A stretch of 63,989 nt of DNA, the filler included, from Barthelona sp. PAP020 (taxonomy: Eukaryota), in the NCBI GenBank assembly GCA_040182905.1. It is 13 parts of 13 records of this genome, joined end to end, with 100 filler letters (N's around TTAATTAATTAA, not from the genome) between each part and the next. Parts side by side here need not be neighbours in the genome. Positions count along the whole stretch, not along the records: positions 10,388 to 15,472 come from JARQWU010000629.1; positions 15,573 to 20,627 come from JARQWU010000630.1; positions 20,728 to 25,763 come from JARQWU010000631.1; 10 more parts are not named here. One strand, written 5' to 3'. Both the position numbers and the translations under genes were made by a program. The stretch's first letter is position 1, and every line of letters begins with the position of its first letter. Below the pieces are notes generated by a model that was not told where the DNA came from, searched no databases, and saw only the letters and a list, made by a program, of their open reading frames with translations. Shown here piece by piece: positions 10,664-22,129 of the stretch.

Positions 10664-11473
10664 ATGAATGGATATTCAAAGGAGATTTCACAGATTTTAC
10701 ATTTAGCAGGTGATTCACCCACACCAATGGAGGAATCATTGTTTTTCATTGAAGAACGATTGTCTCGATTTTTAAAGAATTTGATAAAAGCTGCCGAATC
10801 TAATTGTTCCATTTACAGAAAAAGAATAGTTCTCAGTGAAGGAGCTATTTTGAATGAACTGCAATTCAAGCCTCAATTTTTTTATACCACCATGTATTTG
10901 ATTGAAAATTCCGACAGTTTTACAAAATATGTTGATAAAGATTATTATGAGGAAGATGTTATATCTGATTCTTCCGATTCAAAATTGAACCCTGTAAGAG
11001 AGGTTGATTTCAATTTTTTTGAAGATTTTGCTGATAACTTTTTTTGTTTAGGAAAATTAAATCCCACTGAAACTCATTTATGCAATTTTAATATGTATTC
11101 CGATGAAGTTTTACAGCAGACTATTGAATATTACAAGTCACAGTTTCATTATACTGCATCAATGTCGTCCTCAGAGTATCTTCGATATCAAAGACTGATT
11201 TGTTCTTCTTTTACATTCAATCAAACGAAGAAATTTGTCAATTGGTTGAATCTTCCAAGTAAAAAGTATAAAAAACTTTCCAAGGGTGTCATTTTAATTC
11301 TTGGAAGCATTTCATGGAGATTTTGTGCTGAATTAGCAAAAATTGCCAGCAATTTCTTTAAAAAATCTGGACTTTCTAGTTCTCATGATGCAATTCCTGT
11401 GAAGTTTTACCGTGATGCTTTTAGACAATTGCATTTGCAACATCGTTTTGACACAGTAATTTATGATTATTAA
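10664..11473 (+). CDS. SPT3: SAGA complex subunit SPT3 (double histone fold)
   Basis: YSKEISQILHLAGDSPTP.EES..IEE and MSSSEY..Y.....SFTF...KKF..WL match the two SPT3/SUPT3H conserved blocks. Confidence 0.85.
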   Translation: MNGYSKEISQILHLAGDSPTPMEESLFFIEERLSRFLKNLIKAAESNCSIYRKRIVLSEGAILNELQFKPQFFYTTMYLIENSDSFTKYVDKDYYEEDVISDSSDSKLNPVREVDFNFFEDFADNFFCLGKLNPTETHLCNFNMYSDEVLQQTIEYYKSQFHYTASMSSSEYLRYQRLICSSFTFNQTKKFVNWLNLPSKKYKKLSKGVILILGSISWRFCAELAKIASNFFKKSGLSSSHDAIPVKFYRDAFRQLHLQHRFDTVIYDY

Positions 11474-11623
11474 AAATGATTTTTTTTTTGATGTTCCAGT
11501 TTTTTTTCCACAGGACAAACCCTTTTTTGAAAAATAAACAAAAGATTTTATGATTTTTTTTTTTTAATGATCGTTGATTAATTTCAATAAAGTTGATAAG
11601 GAATTAAACTGAAATAAACTAAA

Positions 11624-13171
11624 TTATAAAATGAAACAACATTGGCCTTCAGAATATCCATCTGGATCATCCAAAATTCGGGAAAACGAATATCTTTGGT
11701 CATATAAAATGTTTGAATTATTTTCAACATTCTTTTTGTCCGTTATTTTTTTAAATTCATTGATGTTCATTGGTTTATTTGTTTGATTTGCCATTTCCCT
11801 CACATGATTTGATTTTTCATTGATTATCCATGATGTGTTTTGTTTTTCTTCTTGATTAATCATGCTTACAGTGCATTGACTTTTTTCCAAAGGATTGTGG
11901 TTTATTGAATTAACAGTCTGATTGTTATTGTCTCTATTGGCAGGAATAATAATATTTTTTTCGTCAAGAGCCAATGTTGAATGAATTTTTGCAACAACTT
12001 CATCACTTTCATTTGCTTTATTATTTTCTTCATTTTCTTCATTTTCTTTCATAAATTTTCGATTGGGCAATCTACTATCCAATGATACTGATAGTAATGT
12101 ATTAGAACCCGAAACCAATCTGTTTTCAACAGAAGCCGAAGTATCAAAACCGTAACCATAACCAATTGGTGCCAAAACAGCCCAATTAGCAAATTGGTTC
12201 TCCGGATTCATTTGCTTTTCAAATGCAGCTTGTTCACTATCACCTATTTCAGATGACTCTTCATCGAGCATTTTTTGTGGTTGAGGAATGACCCCAAATT
12301 GTGTAGAATTCACAGGTCGACGATATGACAATATAATTGTTGTCAGTAGCTCTCGTAAAAAGGCATAATTTGGTGTATCTTCAAAATTCAAGGAAATCAA
12401 ATGTTCAAAGAATCGTTTAAATCCAATAGGCATCCCTTGAACCAATTTTACATCAAAATACTCTTCTTTCAATACACCTACTTCATTTCTATCAGTCAAA
12501 CGTCTCCAAGGTAGTGGTCTTCCACATAATTCAATCAGTGTATAAAAAAAGGACCATAGGTCATCTCTTCTTGATAAATCATGATCTTTATGCGAAAAAA
12601 TAGAGGCATATCTTGATGTACCTCGAAAACCTGCCATTTTACGTGGAGGAAAATGTTCATTCGCATCTCTATACCTTCTAACTAATCCAAAATCAATAAT
12701 AAATAAACTTCGAGCTGAATCATCTAATCCAAAACAGAAGTTAGATGGTTTAATATCTCGATGTAATAATCCACGATCATGAACACTTCTAATAGCATCC
12801 AACATTTGAACACCATATTCAACAGCTTTATGATATTCAAGTTGTCCATTAGGTTGTTGACGTCGATATTGAAGCAATGACATTCCCAACTTCGACGTAA
12901 CCATATAGTGCAAAGTTGGTGTTTGTCCATAAGCCATCAACTTAGCAACAAAAGGAGAACCTTTCATTATTTTTAAAGCTCTCGCTTCAACGGGCAAAAC
13001 AGATCGTCGATCACATTTAATTTCGAACTTAATAGCGACGTTTTCATTATTTTGAATATCTCGTGCTGCATAAATATCTCCAAACGCACCCTGACCCAGT
13101 CTGTTTTGAAGTTCATATTTTTTTTCAAATAAATACCCTGGAACAAAATTCAGATTGGTTCTTGAGGGCAT
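11624..13171 (-). CDS. TTBK: CK1-group tau-tubulin kinase-like protein kinase with C-terminal CCFIL
   Basis: GQGAFG, VAIKFE, HRDIKPSN, IIDFGL, FRGTSRYAS and RRDDLWSFFY (TTBK-type DDLWS). Confidence 0.85.
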   Translation of the reverse strand: MPSRTNLNFVPGYLFEKKYELQNRLGQGAFGDIYAARDIQNNENVAIKFEIKCDRRSVLPVEARALKIMKGSPFVAKLMAYGQTPTLHYMVTSKLGMSLLQYRRQQPNGQLEYHKAVEYGVQMLDAIRSVHDRGLLHRDIKPSNFCFGLDDSARSLFIIDFGLVRRYRDANEHFPPRKMAGFRGTSRYASIFSHKDHDLSRRDDLWSFFYTLIELCGRPLPWRRLTDRNEVGVLKEEYFDVKLVQGMPIGFKRFFEHLISLNFEDTPNYAFLRELLTTIILSYRRPVNSTQFGVIPQPQKMLDEESSEIGDSEQAAFEKQMNPENQFANWAVLAPIGYGYGFDTSASVENRLVSGSNTLLSVSLDSRLPNRKFMKENEENEENNKANESDEVVAKIHSTLALDEKNIIIPANRDNNNQTVNSINHNPLEKSQCTVSMINQEEKQNTSWIINEKSNHVREMANQTNKPMNINEFKKITDKKNVENNSNILYDQRYSFSRILDDPDGYSEGQCCFIL

Positions 13172-13394
13172 AGTGTTTTTTTTTTTGACTCAATATGTGA
13201 ATAATAAATGGAAAAAATAGTTGGATGTTCTTTAACAAAGTTAATTTTTTACTTCTATTTTTCATTTTCAATTAAAAAATGATTTACAGATCCAATGAAA
13301 TCTTATTTTGAAAAAATTATTTCTTTTTCATTAAAAAAAAAAAGATTTGGTTTTGACGGAGGAAAAAAAAAACAAATCATTCATTTTTTTTTTC

Positions 13395-14445
13395 ATGAGA
13401 TTATCTGTTTTATTTTGTGCATTGTTGGTGCTCTATGTATCCAATGTAGTTGCATTTAAGCATTATATTAATGATGAAGTTATTTATCATTTTTATGAAC
13501 ACAAGGACAAATATAATTTGAAATTCAAGAATTTTGAAGAAGAAGCAGCCCGCTTAAAAATATTCGGGGAGAATATGGATAAAGCATATGAATTGAGTTT
13601 AAAACATCCCAAAGCTAAATTTGGTATTACTAAATTTTCTCATCTTTCAGCTGAAGAATTTTCTGAACGTTATTTAAATTTTAAATTTGAAAAAACTGAA
13701 CATTCTGCTGTAAAATTAAGAACTACTCGTGATGAACTTTCAACACCCAGTCAATTTGATTGGAGAGATCATAATGCGGTTGCGTCTGTTAAAAATCAAG
13801 GTTTTTTGTCATTTCTAATCTATATCTAACTTTTTAGGTCAATGCGGTTCTTGTTGGGCTTTTAGTGCTGTTGAATCAATTGAAGGTCAAGTTGGAATCA
13901 ATTATAATCAAATTTATGATGGATCCCCACAATTTTTTGTCGATTGTGTTTCTCAAGCAAATGGTTGCAATGGTGGTTTGCCTCATTTAGCATGGGACAC
14001 TCTAATTCAAAACAACTTAGGAATGCCTTCTTGGAATGATTATCCATATGTTGCATATCAAGAACAATGTCATGTTGTTAATGACGGAGGCGCTCAAATT
14101 AAGGCTTATGGATTTGTTTCTGGTGATCCCAACACTGCTTGCAATGAACAAGACATTCCTGGTGCTCTTTATGCCAACAGTCCTTTAAGTATTGCAGTTG
14201 ATGCTAGTGAAGTTTTTCAGTCTTATCAAGGTGGTGTCATTAGTTCTCAAAGCTGTGGTAAGAATATTGATCATGCTGTACTTCTTGTAGGTTATAACGT
14301 TCAAGAATATGGCAATGATTCATATTATATTATTAAGAATACTTGGGGTGCTGATTGGGGTGAAAATGGTTATATTCGTTTTGAATATGGTGGAAACACA
14401 TGTGGTATTACTACTTATGTTGGTACTGCCTTGATTAACCAGTAA
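13395..14445 (+). CDS. Papain-family (C1A, cathepsin L-like) cysteine protease; exons 13395-13800 and 13838-14445
   Basis: Signal peptide and I29 prodomain (GITKFSHLSAEEF). Removing the 37-nt intron restores KNQG|QCGSCWAFS. Catalytic His (DHAVLLVGY) and Asn (IKNTWG) are intact. Confidence 0.95.
13801..13837 (+). other. 37-nt spliceosomal intron
   Basis: GTTTTT...CTAAC TTTTTAG; splicing restores the conserved QGQCGSCW motif. Confidence 0.95.
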
Positions 14446-14601
14446 ATTTTAATGTTTTTTTATTGACTCACTTTTTTTTTTCATCTTTCAATCAATTCAC
14501 CTTTAATTAATGATTTAAAATTTGATTGTGAAATTTTTTGCTTGGTTTTTTGCTTTGAGGATAAATTTGCAAATCATTTTTCCCTTTTTTATTTCAATTC
14601 G

Positions 14602-15102
14602 ATGAAATTTTTTTCCAAAGCAACATTTAGGAAGATTTTTTACATGTTTAGTATATATTTTTTTGCAATAACAGTGATAACATTAGTCTTTGAATGTTTT
14701 TCATTCACAGAGTTTTCGAAAACTTTTGATAGTTGGGCTTTGGTGTATATTGCTCGTTTAATGGACATTCCATTTGCTCATTATCCCGTTTTGTGGAGAA
14801 TTTTTGGTTTTTTTGGAATACTTTGTTTTGGGCTGTTTTGTTTTAAAGTAGTTTCTAAAATAATTAAAAAACTTTTTTATATTGTCATTATATTAATATT
14901 TTTATCTTTTATTTACATGTTTTTGATTGACATTAAGGTTATTTCTCCCCAAATCGATTTTTTTTTGTTGGGTGGATTGAGAAAATTGAAAGTTCCAATG
15001 TTTCCTGTCCGTAAAATTTATGGGTTATTCACAAGTAAAAATCTTTCCAAAATTAGTGTTGTTGACGCAGCAGGAATTATAAACGAAGCGGTCATCAATT
15101 AA
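14602..15102 (+). CDS. Hypothetical multi-pass membrane protein
   Basis: ORF with three hydrophobic segments; first ATG at 14602. Confidence 0.55.
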   Translation: MKFFSKATFRKIFYMFSIYFFAITVITLVFECFSFTEFSKTFDSWALVYIARLMDIPFAHYPVLWRIFGFFGILCFGLFCFKVVSKIIKKLFYIVIILIFLSFIYMFLIDIKVISPQIDFFLLGGLRKLKVPMFPVRKIYGLFTSKNLSKISVVDAAGIINEAVIN

Positions 15103-16007
15103 AAATTTTGGTTTGATGAAATAAATGTATTGTTTTTTATTGTTTTGTTGTTTTTTGACATATTTTGAATTTCCCAAAGAACATAGGAAAGATAAGATCA
15201 TTTCGAAAATTTGGGCACTCAAAGTGATAAATGAATAGATACAGATAATTCTATCGGATTAAAGAAGCAAAATGAAAAAGAATCTGATTCTTTTGTTTTG
15301 CTAGCAATTGAAACTTCAATAATGTTTATCGTTAATTTTCATTGAAAATTTCAAACGACAAACAATATTTTTTAAAGATATCTCTTTTAGAAGCATTCTT
15401 TGATTTGGAAATCAAAATAATTCATTAAAAAAAAAAAAAAAAAAACTTTTTTTTTTAAGAAACCCAATAAAANNNNNNNNNNNNNNNNNNNNNNNNNNNN
15501 NNNNNNNNNNNNNNNNTTAATTAATTAANNNNNNNNNNNNNNNNNNNNNNNNNNNNNNNNNNNNNNNNNNNNTTATGTTTTAAAGAACAGATTGATAGAT
15601 TTGGAAAAAGAAGTGTTTCAACACATTCTAAATTCTTCAGTTGATACAGAAGAAGTTGAAAATAAATTGATTATTGATTTAGAGACGTTGATAAAGCACT
15701 AGCTAAATAAAGATTATTTTTATTTTGTTTCTAATTGTCCTATAAACTATTCCACCACGTTTGTTTTTTCAGTTTTATGCAGAACAGTGTTGCAATAAAT
15801 AATGTTCAAAGAACTTTGAAATAATAACAAAAAGTTAAAAATTTAAATATTCATCCAGAAATTAATCAAAACAGGTTCTTCTTCATTCTGATCAATTAAA
15901 ATGAAGAATCTTTCTTCTTAAAATTCTCAAAGTGCTTTAAAAAGTTCTGAAAATGTGAAGAATATTAACAATTGCTACAGGATTCTTTTTTCCTTCATTA
16001 TATTTTT

Positions 16008-16436
16008 ATGTCATTTGAATTTCTTGATCATCCTGCTGATGTTCAAATTCATGCAGTTGGAAAAGATTTAAAAGAGTGTTTTGCAAAATGTGGTGAAGCT
16101 CTCGGTTGTTTTCTTACAAATGACTCTCCCATCGAATTGAAGGAATCAATGAAATTTACTGTTGAAGGGGATAATCTTGAAGAGTTGATATTTAACTTTA
16201 TGGATGAAATTTTATTTATTTTTGAAACAGAATTGTTATTGTTTAAAACAATTGAAGTTACCAATTTTAAAGAAGCAGATAGTTCAAAATATCAAATAGA
16301 AGCCATTGGACACGGAGAAAATTTTGATTTAAATAAACATGAACAAGGTACTGAAATTAAAGCCATCACATATTCTGCTTTACAAGTCTTACAAATGACG
16401 GATGGTGTGGAAATATATATTATTGTTGATATATAG
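16008..16436 (+). CDS. ZBTB8OS: Archease (RtcB tRNA ligase cofactor)
   Basis: FEFLDHPADVQIH, HEQGTEIKAITYS and C-terminal YIIVDI. Confidence 0.95.
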   Translation: MSFEFLDHPADVQIHAVGKDLKECFAKCGEALGCFLTNDSPIELKESMKFTVEGDNLEELIFNFMDEILFIFETELLLFKTIEVTNFKEADSSKYQIEAIGHGENFDLNKHEQGTEIKAITYSALQVLQMTDGVEIYIIVDI

Positions 16437-16771
16437 CGATTTATTTGATAAAATGAAAATAAAATTCTTTTTTTCACTTGCATTGTTCACAAAAGATTTT
16501 TGGAACATTTCAAAAATTGAAATTAATGAATCATCTTGATTCTTTATAAAGCAAATTTTTTTTTTCAGCCATTATTCATTTTTTTTTTTTAAGTATGTAA
16601 AGGAGAACTTTATCGCCTCTAATATGTTTACCAATAATAAATTTATAAGCAACAAAGTAATATTTTATCCAACAAAAAAGAGAACTGTAATAAATAAATA
16701 AAAAACGCAGCTAAAAATTTAATACCTTTATTGAAAAATAAATGTGCCCACACACAATCATTTCTTATTTT

Positions 16772-19700
16772 TTATTCTTTTAATTTTACAATATTTAAAA
16801 CTGAGACTACACCATAAAAACAATCATAGAATGGTTCATATAAAGAAAGGAAAAAAGCCGTACCAGCGGAAGGAGATACATAACCACACTCATCATCATC
16901 AGCTCTGGCAGCATATTGAATTTTACCACGATAAGTAATTAAACAATCAGTAAAAACTTTGACAACCACTAAAACTACAATAACAACAATGGGATAATAG
17001 AATCCTGTCTGAAGACTTGAACTTTTTGTGACATTGTAAAAAGAACCAGAAAATATAGCCAATAACACAATAGTAACTTGATTGAAATAGCTAAACACTT
17101 CGTTATAGGTAATATACAAGCAAATCGAAGCAAAGGAAGTCGATCCATTCATAACACCATCTACAAAGAAATGTAAATTTCTGAGGTAGGATGAATTCAA
17201 TTCATCGCTTTTAAATGAATACATTCTGTTATCCAATCGCTTTTCATAATCCTTACTGGTATGACAAAAAACACTTTCATCAATGCAAACCTTCATATTG
17301 AATTGTAACATGGCGCAAATAAGATCTTTCATTGGATCAGTGTAATGTCTTTTAATTTCCATGTATTTTTGAGGATCTTCTTTATTCTTGAATTGAACAA
17401 AACGCCCAAATTCTTCAATAATAGGCTCAACTATCGATGTACCACTTGCAGCATTCATTCTGAACATAGTACATCCCTTTTGAACATCAGTCACAAAACC
17501 AGTTTTGCTTTGGTAGGCTTTTTTCCACACAGAAGCTTTATGATTTTTGAATCCCAACATGCGTTGTTTTATACCAAAATTATATCTACCAGTGACACAA
17601 GCAACATCTCTTTCTTTGGTTAAATCTCCAATAAATCTCCCCAAAAGCTCATTATCTGGTTCAAAATTAACATCCAAACATAATAAATAGTCGATTAATT
17701 GCCCTTTAGCGGGATTAATTTTCAATATGTCAAAAAGATGATAAGACAGAGGCAAGCATTCACTTTTCTCGACTTCATCGCTGCTAAAACCACTGTTATT
17801 ATGAATAAAATTTTTAAAATTTGATGGTTCAATGGTTAACCTTCCTAAAAGATTTGTAATTTGATCATTGCCCGAATCCATTGCATTTAAAACGGTATTT
17901 TGAGAAATTTGAAGAGAATTAGCATGAGAAATGCTGGTTATTACACTGTACAAACTTTCAAACTCTTTAAAATCAAAATCTATCAAATCTTTAGATTTTG
18001 TAAAAGCAGAATCTAGTTCAAAAAAAACAAACTCAAAATTTTCAAACAATTCACCAAATCTTTGGAAAGTGGACACATTTTTCAAATGTTTTCCAGATAT
18101 TCTTCTAATTTTCATTATATGATTCTCATAGGTGACTTCACTGACACTTTCATTATACTTACCTTTACTTTCATCAAATGTTTTTACATATCTGGGTAAA
18201 GAACATTTATAATTGACCAATCCTGTGTCACAATTCTCAATCATCCTAATTTCGTCTAATTTATTCCATAGTTGTTTATTATCTTGAGCATTAATCACAT
18301 AACACATGTTATCAATCATGTTATCAACACCATTTGATAACATTTCACAAATAGGTCTTTGATACACAGCATTTGTTGTTGGTGATGAAGAAGTCACTGT
18401 AAGCAAATTCATTAAAGAATTATTTGTGTCTAGATCTCCATTTTGAGACGCATCGATATAAACGACACTTCTAGGACGTGATCTCTGTTCTGTATCTTCA
18501 GCGGTGTTCAAATCTTCAATAGAATAGTTTGTTCTTGAATCATTGTCATTGATAGATCCAAAAAATGAGAATATCTTTGTAAATGTGGGTAATATAAAAA
18601 TGATGGAACAATACACATAAAAAATAACAGAGAAAAATGAATAAAATGGATGATTCCATGTTAAATAAATTTCATTGGCACATTCCATCAAAGAGATGAA
18701 TACACAAACACTCAAATGGTTCATCAACGATTTAACAGTTTTTATTTGAACTTCTTGCTTGGCTCCTAACCCACTTAAGATAATATTACCGTAGTGATAA
18801 ATTCCCGCAAAACTCAGCCCAATAGCCATTAAAACAGAACTGAAAAATGGAGATTGATACTTTCCTTCATGATTTAAATATAAAGACAAACCAATCATCA
18901 CGGTTGAAGGAATTGGCTTGACATAATTCCACCAAAAAGACGAAAATAATTTTTCGCCATGGATAGAACGTCTCCTAAACATACTATTAAAAAAATAATT
19001 TGTTAGTCCCAAAAGAAGATAATATGAAATTACTTGAATGAGAAATACCCATTCAATAAACGAAGGTATGATCATATAAAATGAAAAAACTTCCAAATTA
19101 GAAGATCTAAACAACAAAGAATACAAAAATATCCCGACAAAAACACATAAAACAAAAAATGATGTCAAAACAACAATTTGAACAAAGTTAAAAATCATAA
19201 CAAAAACATAAAAAATATTTAACAATGTAGAAAATCCCAAATACGCTGCAATAAGCAAATAACTCAACTTCTGAACAGATGAACTAGCAAAAATATTAAG
19301 ATATACTCCGATCAATGCAAGAAAACAAATTACATTAACTCCAATGTTCATAACATTGATAGAGCAATAACTTTTAAACAAGAGATGCCTTTCTCCATCT
19401 TCTTTAGGCATTAAATCACGATTCTTTCCCCTTAAACCAAATTGACAAAAGGAAGTGAACAAATTTCTAACACTAAATGCAATAGCAATGCAAACGATAA
19501 TAATAAGAATAGCGCTCAACAAAGGGGTAGGGTATTTCACTGAAATTTGTAATCCTTCAACAGGTTGATCATCAGTTGTATTTAAAATGTTAAATGAAAC
19601 TCCAGAAGGTATGTAGTAATCAGATTCGTTCAAAGTCTTGCAAATACTTTGAAAGTGAGATAAAATCTCATTAGGAATCATTAAGGTCTCTTGTGCTTTA

Positions 19701-20071
19701 AATATCATATCCCACTTTTTGTATCCACCGAGAATAGAACTAAAATCATACCCTCCCAAAGCATTCAATTTAAATACTCCCAAACTAAGTGCAATACTAT
19801 AATTCATATTATTATTTAAGGTGTTTGTTAATAAAATTTGTTCATGTTCAGTGTTAATCCAATCAAACACAATTAACTTATAATTTTGATCATTCTCAAA
19901 AACAATGTCTTCAGTGATACCTTTTGTAAAAGAAGAAATTGAAAAAACAGATGCAATTATTACAATTAAAATTCCAATGAATGAAAACAAACAAGGTATA
20001 TAAAAATTAAGCTTTGTTTGATTAGCCCAAAATAATGTGTCCTTTGATTCTTCCTTTTTTTTAACAAACAT
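16772..20071 (-). CDS. Polytopic membrane protein with a degenerate chitin synthase (GT2)-like domain
   Basis: Large N-terminal TM region. YLLCLD..FEP...L.....VACVTGR and KKAYQSKTGFV....GCTMFR follow the chitin synthase pattern, but EDR and QRRRW are absent. Confidence 0.65.
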   Translation of the reverse strand: MFVKKKEESKDTLFWANQTKLNFYIPCLFSFIGILIVIIASVFSISSFTKGITEDIVFENDQNYKLIVFDWINTEHEQILLTNTLNNNMNYSIALSLGVFKLNALGGYDFSSILGGYKKWDMIFKAQETLMIPNEILSHFQSICKTLNESDYYIPSGVSFNILNTTDDQPVEGLQISVKYPTPLLSAILIIIVCIAIAFSVRNLFTSFCQFGLRGKNRDLMPKEDGERHLLFKSYCSINVMNIGVNVICFLALIGVYLNIFASSSVQKLSYLLIAAYLGFSTLLNIFYVFVMIFNFVQIVVLTSFFVLCVFVGIFLYSLLFRSSNLEVFSFYMIIPSFIEWVFLIQVISYYLLLGLTNYFFNSMFRRRSIHGEKLFSSFWWNYVKPIPSTVMIGLSLYLNHEGKYQSPFFSSVLMAIGLSFAGIYHYGNIILSGLGAKQEVQIKTVKSLMNHLSVCVFISLMECANEIYLTWNHPFYSFFSVIFYVYCSIIFILPTFTKIFSFFGSINDNDSRTNYSIEDLNTAEDTEQRSRPRSVVYIDASQNGDLDTNNSLMNLLTVTSSSPTTNAVYQRPICEMLSNGVDNMIDNMCYVINAQDNKQLWNKLDEIRMIENCDTGLVNYKCSLPRYVKTFDESKGKYNESVSEVTYENHIMKIRRISGKHLKNVSTFQRFGELFENFEFVFFELDSAFTKSKDLIDFDFKEFESLYSVITSISHANSLQISQNTVLNAMDSGNDQITNLLGRLTIEPSNFKNFIHNNSGFSSDEVEKSECLPLSYHLFDILKINPAKGQLIDYLLCLDVNFEPDNELLGRFIGDLTKERDVACVTGRYNFGIKQRMLGFKNHKASVWKKAYQSKTGFVTDVQKGCTMFRMNAASGTSIVEPIIEEFGRFVQFKNKEDPQKYMEIKRHYTDPMKDLICAMLQFNMKVCIDESVFCHTSKDYEKRLDNRMYSFKSDELNSSYLRNLHFFVDGVMNGSTSFASICLYITYNEVFSYFNQVTIVLLAIFSGSFYNVTKSSSLQTGFYYPIVVIVVLVVVKVFTDCLITYRGKIQYAARADDDECGYVSPSAGTAFFLSLYEPFYDCFYGVVSVLNIVKLKE

Positions 20072-20176
20072 CAAATTCAAAAAAAAATAACTAAATATAA
20101 AACAAAAAAAAAATTTGGTAGAATTTTTCTTCTAGTCTAATATTTACATTTTTTAATGAGAAATTTTTTCTTTTAA

Positions 20177-20627
20177 ATGAAACACAGAAGTTTGGTTCAT
20201 TATATATTTATCCACTTTTTGTTCATTCAATTATTTTTCCATTTTTCTGTGGCATGTGATTCGGGGCAATTTCAAAGTGGTAATGATTCGACAGATTGTA
20301 CCGATTGTTTTCCGGGATATTATTGCGAAAATGATAACATTTTTCCATGTTTACCTGGTGAATATGCAGAAACCTCCAAAAGCACTTCGTGTTCCATTTG
20401 TTTGGATAATCATTACTGTCCAGCTAATGGTACTATTACACCAATTGGTTGTCCAGCGGGATATGAATGCACTGTAGTAACTGGTACAATTTTGCCATCT
20501 ATTTGTACAGCTGGAACGTATAGTCAACAAAACGATACTTGTAAAGAATGTCCAGAAGGAAAATATTGTCCTATTGAAGGAACATCATTACCCATTGTGT
20601 GTCCTCTAGGAACAACAGTAAGTTCAG
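20177..20627 (+). CDS. Secreted/surface cysteine-rich protein (GCC2_GCC3/ephrin-receptor-like repeats); 3' truncated
   Basis: Signal peptide followed by C..G.Y...C..CP.G.YC repeats; runs into the spacer. Confidence 0.8.
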
Positions 20628-20739
20628 NNNNNNNNNNNNNNNNNNNNNNNNNNNNNNNNNNNNNNNNNNNNTTAATTAATTAANNNNNNNNNNNNNNNNN
20701 NNNNNNNNNNNNNNNNNNNNNNNNNNNTTTTTTTCTTAA

Positions 20740-22056
20740 ATGACTGCGAATCCTTATTCATCATACCCTGAATTTGATGATTTTGAATGCTATCATCTAC
20801 CTACGGATGTTATTACAGGATTTACGGATCAAGAACAAATGACCACTGAATATAATGATGATGAGCAAGGGATAATTGGTCCAATGATTGGACAATTTCT
20901 AAGAGGGAAACCGATTTCACGAATAACACTCCCTTCATTTATTCTTGAGCCAAGGTCATTTTTACAAAAAATTGGAGATTTTTTCAACCATTCTGAATTT
21001 CTTGAGGGTATAAATGAAAAGTTACCATTAGAACGTATATTTTCTGTCATCAAATTTTATTTAAGCGGTTTTCATGTTCAAGCAATTGGAGGTTGTAAAA
21101 AGCCATACAACGCTTTACTTGGAGAATATTATCACTGTAAATGGAAAACAGAATCAGGTAGAGTTCCAGAACTTCTTTGTGAGCAAACGAGTCATCATCC
21201 ACCAGTGTCAAGTTTTTGTTTCAGTGATAATGATCTTGGAATTTCATTCACTGGAAGTTTACTTTTTAAAACATCATCCAAGCTTATGGGGTTTGGAATT
21301 GGAGCAGCGGTTGCTAATGAAGGTGTTTGTGAATTAAAGTTGGAAAAGCTGAATGAAACGTACAAAATTACATATCCTGAATTATGGGTTCACAAGATTA
21401 TTGCATTTGGGAAAATGTTCATGGATGTTAGAGGCACTACTCTTATTGAATGTGATGAGACTGGAATAAAAGCTGAAATTTATTTCAAGGCTGATGATCA
21501 AGTAGAAGTAAAAATCAAACAAAAGTATCAATCTGATGGATATGAGTCTAAATCGAGTTATAAGGTCCATGGATCTTGGCGTAATGAACTAGAACTTGAA
21601 GATAGAAAGATTGAGAAGGGTAAAAGAACTCCATTCATGCGAATTCGTGATTTAAATCCTCCACAACGTGTTCATCAACCAATGTGGTCACAGAATCCAT
21701 GGGAATCACAACGTCTTTGGCGTCATCTTACCAAAGCTCTTCACATTTCACAACGTGATGACTGTGAAAGAGAAAAGAGTAAATTAGAGAATTTTCAACG
21801 GGCTTTAAGAAGTAAACGGGAAGAAAATAATGAAGATTATGTTCCTCGTTTTTTCAATTTTGTGACAAATGAACAATTTGAATATAATGGCCGAAAAATA
21901 GAGGATCTGAATCACACAAAGAATTATTATCCCATTTCTTCTGATCTTTTTAGTGAACATTGTATTGATTCATTTGACTTCATTTCACCACTTGTCTCAA
22001 TTGATCAGTGTTTGGAAATCGAACAAAACATTATGGCAAACGCCAACAACCTGTAA
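20740..22056 (+). CDS. Oxysterol-binding protein (short ORP/Osh type)
   Basis: ITLPSFILEPRSFLQ, KKPYNALLGE and the EQTSHHPP fingerprint. Confidence 0.95.
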   Translation: MTANPYSSYPEFDDFECYHLPTDVITGFTDQEQMTTEYNDDEQGIIGPMIGQFLRGKPISRITLPSFILEPRSFLQKIGDFFNHSEFLEGINEKLPLERIFSVIKFYLSGFHVQAIGGCKKPYNALLGEYYHCKWKTESGRVPELLCEQTSHHPPVSSFCFSDNDLGISFTGSLLFKTSSKLMGFGIGAAVANEGVCELKLEKLNETYKITYPELWVHKIIAFGKMFMDVRGTTLIECDETGIKAEIYFKADDQVEVKIKQKYQSDGYESKSSYKVHGSWRNELELEDRKIEKGKRTPFMRIRDLNPPQRVHQPMWSQNPWESQRLWRHLTKALHISQRDDCEREKSKLENFQRALRSKREENNEDYVPRFFNFVTNEQFEYNGRKIEDLNHTKNYYPISSDLFSEHCIDSFDFISPLVSIDQCLEIEQNIMANANNL

Positions 22057-22129
22057 ATTTATAGTTAATAAGATTCTTTTTACAAAAAAAAATTATTTGA
22101 ATTTACACACATAACAACCGTCATATAAA

